64,000 nt of DNA. It comes from Tubiluchus corallicola. Its lineage: Eukaryota; Animalia; Priapulida. Numbering within the stretch: position 1 is the stretch's first letter; every line of letters starts with the position of its first letter. The translations under genes were made by a program, and so were the position numbers. Of this stretch, positions 54,096 to 64,000 are shown one piece after another. Where the stretch lies: positions 310,001 to 374,000 of the forward strand of contig JAQGDQ010000085.1 in assembly GCA_030141605.1 (NCBI GenBank). The letters run 5' to 3'. The notes below the pieces were generated by a model. It worked only from the letters and a program-made list of their open reading frames with translations, was not told the origin of the DNA and did not search any database.

Positions 54096-55721
54096 GACTT
54101 TAGTTTATAACAATCGTAATGTTAAGCTTTGGACTTTTTTGGAAAGAACTGCGTTCAACAGCAATGTTAAAGCCAATTTGCCGTATTTTTGGACAGACCT
54201 ACTTGCCTAGGTTACCGTATCTACTGTACCGGCTAACGGTACTGTAGAAAACTTGTCTGTAGCATTTTTAAGTGTCGCGTTAGTTGGATGCGAAAAAATT
54301 AATCTAAGAGATGCTTTTTTCTACGATTCATAATTTACAAAAGTTATAGATTTTCGTTTTATGTTTTTCTTGTAATATTTGTTCCAGTACATTCTCAGCT
54401 TTCTAAGTGAGAAGCATAATAAATGCTAGTGGCATAATTCGCCATAAAATACCCGGACAAAGTACACAGTTTTTGAGAGTGAATTGAATTTCAAAAAAAT
54501 TTATTAATAAAAAATACTAAGTTATACGGTTAAAAACATAGATCTGTTGTCACCTATATCTTGGCTGTTAAATGCACAAGTTTACTTGAATTGAAAAGCA
54601 GGCAAATGGGACCAAAAAGCTTTGATTTTGCCCATTATAAATGAGTGGTAGGTTCGCGCATATGTGCTTGACTCGAATTCCATTCCATTCCATTTATGTC
54701 TATAGACAAAATGTTCTCACATGTATAACTTTTCCACATTTGGATAAACACTACGTAGCAAAATACTTTATACAGATTTAACATAAATCTAGCAGGGAGA
54801 TCTTTGAGAACAACTGTCTGATCTTCCTCTGTTGTCAATAGAAAAACCACAGTTTTCTAATCACATCTTCACTGGTGATGTCACTTAAACTAAACACTCC
54901 TAAATTAAACACACATAGCTAAGAAGGCCTATCAAATTAATGTTCAGTAGACCTGAAATATGACGAATTTTCCAAAAAAATCTGTATGTATCAATTGCAT
55001 AATCATTGCACCTTAAAAGAAACTGCTCTTTTGTTTCTCGTTCTCCACACTGATACAAAGATGATCGAATGAATTTTTGTACTGACAGTATCATTCACTA
55101 ACCATTTCCAGTCCTAAACCAACGTGGTATTGTTGAAGCCATGCCACTTAGTATGTCGTTTTGCTCAATAGATAACACCCAATCAGAACAGTCAGCATAA
55201 GATTCAAACTCTTTGATCACTATTCAAGTTCTGGTTGATTTAACTAACTGGCCTAAAGAACTCTTGTAATTAGTTTATTAAATGGGGCATATTTTAAACA
55301 TAATCACAGAATGTACAGCCATTAATTGTGTGTTATTTTTACTTTTGGTTTTTTAGCTTGTTTGTAGCTTTCAACTCAAATAAAATTGATCTCTAAATAT
55401 GATTTGACGGCTAATGACATACCTGTGGAAATTGTCATTATAATTCTTTATTTTATTAGGTGTGTATAAATTAAAGGATTTTAAATTGGAGATTTCTACA
55501 TAGAGTGGGCGAAATGTAAGATAAATGTCGCAGAAACAAAGAAAAACTTAACGAGAAACTACCAGAGATTTGCTAAAAAAGATTTTTATCATCGACCGAT
55601 CAAATTGAATCAAGTAATGTGTGATTTTGTTATATTTATTTTCTAATTTGCATATTTAATGTGTTGTAGCATCGTTCATCTTCAAGAAAATCGGCTTTGT
55701 GTTTGGACTTTTGAATCCTGC

Positions 55722-58700
55722 ATGGCTGAAATCGTTGGAAACGGACCTTCATACATGCATGTGGGATTCACGTTTAACGAATCGGCTTTGCGGTTTTTCC
55801 AAGCTCTTTCTACCCGCGATCAAGTTCAACGTGGTGAAGTGCTAGACATTACTGCGAAAACAATTGATGGCTGGCTAAGTGCTTATAACAACTCTCCTAA
55901 CTGTTATGACAATAACATACGTGTGCGTGACGCAGAGAAAGGACAGAACGGTGAATATGAAATAGCTGAAGAGGCCATCGAAGGGAAACAACTGCTGAAC
56001 GAACATCTTCCGACGTTGTTAAGATTATCCATACTGTGTCCGTTTCAAGACGTTCAGGAAAGGTCAACATCTATCTTAGAGGAACTTAAGGTACATTCGA
56101 ACTCAAATAATTTTTAGTCAACACGATATTGAAACATGCTTATGAATAGTACTTTACTGGCATTTTTCTATATCACTATTGAGAGTTTTCACAAAAGTCT
56201 GCAGTTGATTTAGAATGTTAATTCACTTAGTTACTTTATAATGTGCATTTGCAACATTGCTTACGGAACAAAGACAAAAAGGTGTAAGCCCAGTTTTGAA
56301 CCAATTCACTAGTTTGGTAAACTTAAGGAAAGTCAACATTGTTGTGTTGTCTTTCACCTAGTCCTCTGATTACTGTCCACTGAAAGTACTTTAAGGCAAT
56401 TAACTTCTTCATTAGATTGACAAAAATTTCTTGCAATGTTTGTCAGAAATGTTGACATAACTGTTTTCAAGAATCTAAAAAGCTAATTTCTGCAAACTCT
56501 AAAATCAGGCACTATTGTAACATTAGTTTGTGCTGTCGAATGCAGCACTGTAATATGTCCATCTTACTAACTCGGGGAATGCTTGCTGGTTCAGCGTAGC
56601 AGTATGAATTTAGTGCTGTGAATAGGCGTATTATGCAAAAACCATGTAGCTGCATTGTAGCATCTCTCCAAGAAAATATTTTGTATAATGTAAGATGCTG
56701 CTTCTTTGACACATCATACTGGAATGTCTAAGATAAAATATCTTGCAGGGAGAAGTTCAAAGCATTTCAAGAATTCTTTTAGCATTAGTTCCTTATTTTT
56801 TTTGCAACTGACAGGTCCATTCTTTATGTACTAAGAGTAGACTTCACAAACAGAACCCGACCTCTTGCTTAGTTCAACTGGCTGTTGTTTGTTCAACGTT
56901 TTAGAGCAGCTACCAACAAACAAAACTACAGCAGGCACTTCTAATGCTGGAGGCTGTGCGTAACATGATTGGTCTACTTCTGAAATAAATTGCCATAGCG
57001 TGCGGGGCTGTGTGTTTAGTGTGCACTGCGTTTAATTAATGAGTTTCTGGTCGTTGCAAAAGGTTAAAAATGTCAAAAGAATTTAAAGTATATTTTATCC
57101 TTGATAAATGTAATTCTTTTTCAGGGCAAATATATTTTCTTAGATAAATCTAAATTTTATTAGTCTTAGTAGTAATTATAACAGACTAATAATTACTAAG
57201 TAAAGACCTGTGTGATGTAGCAGTGTGCATTTATGTGATGTGTGCAATTATGAAAAAAAAAGCAAATTTATTGCCTAGACCTATAAATGTACTATTAGGA
57301 CAGTTTAATTATTGATTACATGATATGGAAGCAGTAATACTATGTGGATCTTGTTATTATTATACAGCCATATATACACATACAAAAAATATAACAAGGA
57401 TAATTAGCATAAACACACAAAAAAGAAATTAGTTTGCATAAGATAAAACAATTTATGAAAGTGACAATGATCATACGTAATCAATTGTACATAAACATAT
57501 CGTTGATTTTCACTTATCCTTCACAGATAATCTTGTAAACACACATTAAAAGCTTGATTAATAACAAACATTTTAACAGTCACTTTACCAAACCTTAAAG
57601 ATAAGCCATACTTTCTTCTTAAGTGACAATGACTATCGTTAACTAGTTAAATACAACATTAACTGAATATTATCAATCCCCGAGTTTTTAATTTCATTTA
57701 AAAAATTTAATTTTCTACAACCAATTAGAAAGTTTGCAGGCATAGTACAACAGTAATTCATTAAAACTTTGACACTCTCATTACGGCTGTAATTAAAAAT
57801 TTTCCTACAGGCTTGTATTGGAATAAATCAAATTAGTCTTGCAGTTGCTAGAGACGTTCGTATTCAATATGGTTTGAGTCACTAAAGTCACAGAGGATCA
57901 AGCTACTACATCTGTGGCAGACTTGCAGCTAAACAGAGATTTAGTTGAGTGAAAGCCTCTCTGCTTGTTGTTGTACTCCTGTTCAACATTCCACCTCTCC
58001 GGGCAATCGTATAAATAACTTGTGTTGATCTATAACTAGCTAATTCTGCATACCAGTACTATACTTGACATGAAGCTTGTTCATTGGGGACAGCCTTACT
58101 CTGTAACTACACACATACATATAAATATCATTGACGGATTCGTGCATGATAGTTCAGTCTTTCCTTATTAAATTATATTCTAAATTTCAAGGAAAAAATA
58201 AAAAACCTGTACATTACCATATATCCATCTATCAGTCACATTTGTATTTGTGTGTGTAGTTATGGATGCAAAGTCTATTAAAGTTACTCGGGTTTGATTT
58301 TCTAATACGTGTGAGTATATTTTTAATATAGTGAGTATACGGCGAGCAAAAGCGACAAAGACAGAAAATTTTCTGTTTAGTACTTGTGTGTTCCTCAAAT
58401 GATCACGAAATGATTCAGTTTTAAGATAAATGCAAAAATTCACCCGAAAAACACTTAAAACAGTAGGCTGTAGGACAGTGTAGGTGCAAAGTTGGGAACT
58501 TGGGGCGGGGTATTTTGCTCTATACCTCTATCGATGAAATTTATAGAGTTTCTTCATCTAAATCTCCATTACTTGAGATCTGCCTTAAAGGTAACAAGTA
58601 TATGTATAATTGGTTAGTTTTGGAAATTTGGCACTCGCTTCACACGTGAAAATTTCGAGTTAATATCACTATATGAGGGCACAGCTGGAACAAGATTGGC

Positions 58701-61700
58701 TCACATTCTGTATGTGCAGCATTGTGCCCTGCACGTCTGGGAAGCCCATTACCTTCAATGAACCCCAAGAGAGGAGAATTGGAATTCTAAAGCCATTCCC
58801 CGCCGCCTAACTGCTCTCACTTATCTCATGCGGCGTCCCATTTATTGTCATATTATAGAAGTTAAGCGAAGAAGCCAGTTCTAACTGTCAACACCATTTA
58901 CTTCACAAATGAGGCCATTCATTACACATTCAAGGTCGCGGCAAGAACGCTCCATTTTCTTCCGCAAATTGCGTTAATTGCCGTGTTACCTACCTGAATG
59001 AATTCTTAAACTGTCTGTTAACAGACTGGAAGCGCCCTCTTTGTGAGTCAGCCTCAGTCTTGAAAGCACGCTCATTGCCATGACAAGAACCATAAACCGT
59101 TTGTTTTTCTCAGTGCCTGTAAATGCAGTTAATGGACTGATGGGCATTGTATGTACATGCGACCTAGTTCCGGCTAATAAGCTTTGTGCCGGTGCCCCTT
59201 TTTTTGTAGTGTGTGTCCACATCTTTGAATATTAGTAATTTTAGAAGCTCGCGTAGAATTCGAGACATGTTCTGCGACCGAATTCATTAGGCTAAGACGT
59301 GTTTTTAGTTTTTTAAGTGGGTTTACTCGACTCTACTGTACAGTTAGAATCCTTAGCCTTATTTGGTCAACCTCGTGGAGTTCCACTAAGCTTTAGTTGC
59401 TTGCAAAACACGTCTATAGAATAGCTGCTTTTCAAAAAGCGTGAGAGTGTGATCGAATAATGGCTATTGTATTTGCGCTGCTACTAAATTTCGCTCGATA
59501 CATGATGTCACAAAACTGCACAGCTAGTGGCGCTAAGTAGACGGTTGGGTGTTCTAATAACTTAGTAGTAATGTTTTTTGGATTGCGTCCTAAACCAGTA
59601 AATAGTGAAATAGTAGTGTGTCTATAGACCGAAGTTAAGCAGTATCAAGCCTGTCCATTAACTGGATGTGTAAGAAAATGCCTTGCTAGAGCCGATTTCA
59701 TTCACATACATGTATGCAAATAACATACATCTGTGTTTCGTTTCTTCAGTATTTCATTTTAGAAGATTATTTTTCATAATGACATAGATACCGGTTCTGG
59801 CACAACTTCTAGTAGGCTTGCCACTGAGTAAGTCTAGTGGAACCCGGACTGTAGTGAGCAAAATTACAATCGTTGTTATCATTGACATTTGACATTTATT
59901 GCCGTCTGTCATCAACAGTTCAGTATAATCATTTAGTTTCAAAGGAATTTAATTATTTTTGTCATTGACGTCATTCTCCGAGTTTGTATAGTTTAAATTA
60001 TTGCGCAACAAAATGCAATTCATTTTGCAGCTCTCAATTGTAACTTTAGCACACTCAGCTAGTTGTAATGGGCTGTATCAAGCATGGGATTGAAAGTTGA
60101 TTTGAGAGCAGTGTAAAAATAGCGGCAATCGACCGGCTTAACACGTGTCGAATGTTTATGTTGCCCGGTTGAAGTCAAAACGCAATGATTTTCACGCTGT
60201 AAGCTGTCAAATCAATTAAATACATGCCACAAGATCCTCCACCTTTGAGGGCATTTCCACCTATACAATTGAGATCATTGTTATGGCACTGAAATATGTG
60301 AATAGTAAAACATTGCAAACTAGATGAGATCGATGTTACAGCAGTGGAATATGAGAATGGCAAAACATTGCAAACTAGATGCATATTTACCCAAGTGTAG
60401 AAGTTATATGAATTTGAGTATTTGACCAAGCATCTTTCCTACTAACGTTATTTTTCACCCTGCTTCTAGAAGAGCCTGTAAGTTTAAGTGACAGTTAATG
60501 GAAATTTACCAGATATTGAGAATTTGCGCGTGGAAAACTACACTGTTCGCTGCAATGGCAGCGCTTTGGCTTGTTATTCGTCGGCTGCCACAAATCTTCT
60601 CCAGCCATTTATTACAGCTGGTGTTGGAGTATTTCTCACGCAGCATCTGCCAATAAAAAGACTTAGTGCTCTTTTGATTTGGCTTTCATAGTATTTACAC
60701 AGCAGATACAACTTCACTAACTGATGTTTTCCGCTTCTTATTTTGGACTACGAATAAGCATTTCGATGTTTAGTTTTCTTGATAATGGGTTTTGCCTCTG
60801 GCTTCTTTTTAGTAGTTCCATCTGTGCGATTGTTAAAATTGTAAGCAGTTTCTGGTGTAAAATTAAGTAATGCTATTAGAATCTGCCGTAACAATTACAC
60901 TGTAAAATTAGCTTTTATCAGCGACGATTGAAAGTACGTCTTTTGAATTTTTGTGACTTCACGTGAGTTAAAACAGATCTTTATGTCTGTTTACGTCTGA
61001 CTCACTATTCGATGAGGTTAAAACTGTGCCGAGTTTTAGCTACAGTAATTAGTCTTAAAACACGAAAATTACAAGCGTTGTGTATGTTATGTTTTGGTGT
61101 TTAAATCTGCATCATTACACGAAAAGCTTTGTACACGTTAATTGAATGATAACGTTGGCAAATAAGATTACACATACTACATAGCCACTTTACTGTGTAA
61201 ACTTAATCAGCCATGAAATCCTGTAGTAATGCCTCTGGCACTATCTGTGACCCTGCAAACGGAAAACCATATTCCTGACACTAAGTTTCCCCGACCAGTG
61301 ACCACAGTTTAAAGAATAGTATAGCAGGCAATGCTGTTACTTAAAGTGTGCTCTGACTATGTGATTTTTCATGCAGTTTGGTACACTGTCTGGATCTGAT
61401 CCATCACTCAACGGCAGGGCCCGCTTAATACCGATGATTGTGCCGGGACCAGAAAACTAGCTCGGTCTTTATAATCCTTTGTAAGATGACGTGTTGAACA
61501 GATAGTGGCGTCTCAGCCGCATTCGAAAATATATTGTTCCTTATTAACAGGACAATCTAGGACACATAAACAGGCCAAAAGCTAATTCCTGGCAGTCGCC
61601 CATCCATTACTAATCTGGCCTAGTGTTGCTTGATTTTCAGTCACTCTTGCTCACTAATCACAGACCATGAATGCACCACCCTGTCGCCTCCAAATCAGTT

Positions 61701-63226
61701 TTTAGTAATATACTGTAATCGTTTTAATAGTCACTATAGTTTATCCTTATATGTATATAGCACTGAAGATCACAGGCTTGCAGAACTTTACAAGATTCAG
61801 TATAATATTTCTTACGTATTTAAATTGAACAAAAAATATAAAAAAAATTGTAAGAAAATGTTTCAAGTAAACAATTTAATGTCTTCCAAGCTATAGCATT
61901 AGATACGGGGTAAATGACTTATAAACTTCATGCATGTTGGTGACAGTAATTTCGAACAATATAGATAAACAGATAAATTCCAGTTCAAAACTTATTTTAA
62001 TAATTGTTTTAATGATTTTAGTGTGAAATTTATTTTAATGATGTAATGTAGTGTAGCTAACACTTCAAGCGTGTTCATAAATGGAATGCTCATTCAGTAT
62101 TTATATTTACAAAATTGTATTTAAAATTAAAACCATGATTTTAAAAGCCCAATTTGATGAAGCCGGCTTCTAAAGTAATTTTGACTTCCATTTTACTTTA
62201 GTTTTGTTACTAATGATTCTACCTACCCCTGTGTATTGTAAACGTGATCACAACGTCACGAGATGTCATGCTGGTTCATATTCTTACTAAAAGCTTCAGT
62301 GCCTGTGACGCTCATGTCGCTTCTCCTAGACGTTTTAAAGAGTCCCTTTGTGCTGTAAATGACGACGGCGTCGAAGCATGAAGTCTGGTGGGGGATGCTG
62401 GGCTTTTGTTGCTATGGAAAACATCAACTTTAATCGTGTGTATGCATGGTGAAATCAAGCGTTGATAACATGGAAGTATTTCCACAGTGCTCGAGTTTTT
62501 AAAGTTCTAAAAACTGACATTTAAATATGGAGTAAGTTGGCTGCAGGTCCTATAATGAGCTTTACTGGGCCTGCCGATTGTTGAGTTTTCTCCTACTTTT
62601 TACGTATCAGTAGAAATACGCAGTATATGAAGAAGGAAGAGATAAAAAAATCTCTGGTGATCGTAGTTCATCTTATATTGTCTGTGAATTTGTGAAAATT
62701 GTAGTATTTAGTGTTTTGGATCATACACCAAATGCTGCCAGCATTTGCTATTGATCCTGTTAAAATCACAAGTCTTATACTTTAGTGTTCATTTCAGTTA
62801 CAGTCAGAACTTTTTTCATTCTAAAATTAATTTTTTATTTCTAAGTCTCCATTGTATTGCATTTGGGATTTGACAAAAATAAGCGAAGTAATACAATAAT
62901 AAGTTACAAATTTTATTATCCGAGTGTCAGATTACCAACCTGATAATTTTTTTTCCATCATCTGGCTCTTTTAAAAACAGTAATTTCTGCTTGTCGTATT
63001 CAAGTACAGTACACAATATTTTTGCGGTAATATAGTTGCTAAGTAAATATAAGAAATATAATTATAGAAAATATAATATGCTAACCGAATTTCAATTATT
63101 TTGTAACTGTTATGTACATGTAAATTCTAGGCATATCTAACCCAATACTTTTATTTTCAGGAAAAGGGTATTAAAGTTCCCAGGAGGTTGTGCAAAGGTG
63201 GCAGTGTGTTTATTTCCGAAAAGGAG
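55722..63226 (+). CDS. SESN: Sestrin (long N-terminal, SESN1/PA26-like isoform), first two coding exons; continues beyond window
   Basis: Exon 55722-56090 (MAEIVG...LPTLLRLSILCPFQDVQERSTSILEELK|gtacat) plus exon 63161-63226 (EKGIKVPRRLCKGGSVFISEKE|gtgagt). This matches the recalled SESN1 segment [47 protein letters not shown]. Confidence 0.85.
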
Positions 63227-64000
63227 GTGAGTTTGTAGAAAATAAGAAACTTAACAAAACAACGAAATTTTCACTTGATGTTTGGTTGGTAGAAATTGGT
63301 GAAAGGTTTATACTTATTATTGCAGTTTTACTCTCATTTGCTGTGCTGTTGAATTGACTGTGCAGCAAATTCTCGACTTTTTGTTGTTATGTTAGAAATT
63401 TCATTTACTAGGTTAGTTTAACTTTCCCTAGAATAGCTTTTGACAAATAACAGGAAATGAATCTGTATTGTGGATTATATATCAATTATTTACAAATCAC
63501 GTTTTTTTTCGTTTTTTCACCTGCCATAAACTCATCCAGTAACCAAACTGGTCAATCATTAACTGAGTGAATACTAGTCAAAATATTAATAGACTGCACA
63601 GTGCAGATTTACTTGAAGGAGCCGTTCACTGCTTGAGAAAGGGTGTAGTCATTTGGACGTTCTTGTCTTACACACCGGCTGGCTGTGAGAGATATTTCTG
63701 GAAAACTAAAACAAAATTCAAGCTGACTTTAAATACTGACACATTGGAGAGAAAAGCTTCCTGCATACGAGTGAATAGTACATTTGTCATCTATGTTACC
63801 ACAACCTCCTCTTACGTGTTTAAAAACGTCTGTCAAAATAAGAGGAAAGCACAAGTGTTAGCCATGCTACAAACTCAGTCGAAAAAATGTAATCTCTCTA
63901 GAATCTTTTGGTATAAAAATCGAGATAAAATACTATAGCTGGTCATATTATTACATACAAATGTAGCTTATTTTTTAATCAATAATGCACGAACAATATA

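Noticed and set aside
56132-56141. p53 response element AAACATGCTT near the sestrin exon donor
   Set aside because: Only one half-site with no adjacent partner; expected by chance
60307-60381. Two copies of AAAACATTGCAAACTAGATG 55 bp apart
   Set aside because: Simple local duplication with only two units; no further structure
63567-63938. 123-aa ORF near the right edge
   Set aside because: Non-ATG start, no sestrin or other recognisable motifs; intronic chance ORF

Overview
AT-rich, intron-containing animal (invertebrate, probably arthropod-like) genomic DNA, not prokaryotic. I assembled four spliced protein-coding genes by hand from GT/GC-AG boundaries. (1) A Golgi class I alpha-1,2-mannosidase (MAN1A-like, GH47) on the minus strand, with 8 coding exons at 13528->73, runs off the left edge. 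(2) An FMR1/FXR-family RNA-binding protein on the plus strand (13702->20399) has only 4 coding exons and sits head-to-head with the mannosidase, with 173 bp between start codons. (3) A complete myosin VI (Myo6/jaguar) on the minus strand (46713->25669) has 25 constitutive coding exons, one GC-AG intron and a candidate 57-nt cassette exon in the tail. (4) The 5' part of a sestrin on the plus strand (from 55722) runs off the right edge. Introns hold a decayed CR1-like LINE, a THAP transposon remnant, a tRNA-derived SINE, an intact hAT-type non-autonomous element with an 8-bp TSD, and several palindromic MITE-like elements. I found no wholly new gene system. The most notable points are the ultra-compact MAN1A/FMR1 bidirectional promoter, CTCF-like motifs in both divergent intergenic regions, 3'-biased intron loss in FMR1, the Myo6 cassette exon with UGCAUG motifs, and a ~650-nt intronic hairpin.
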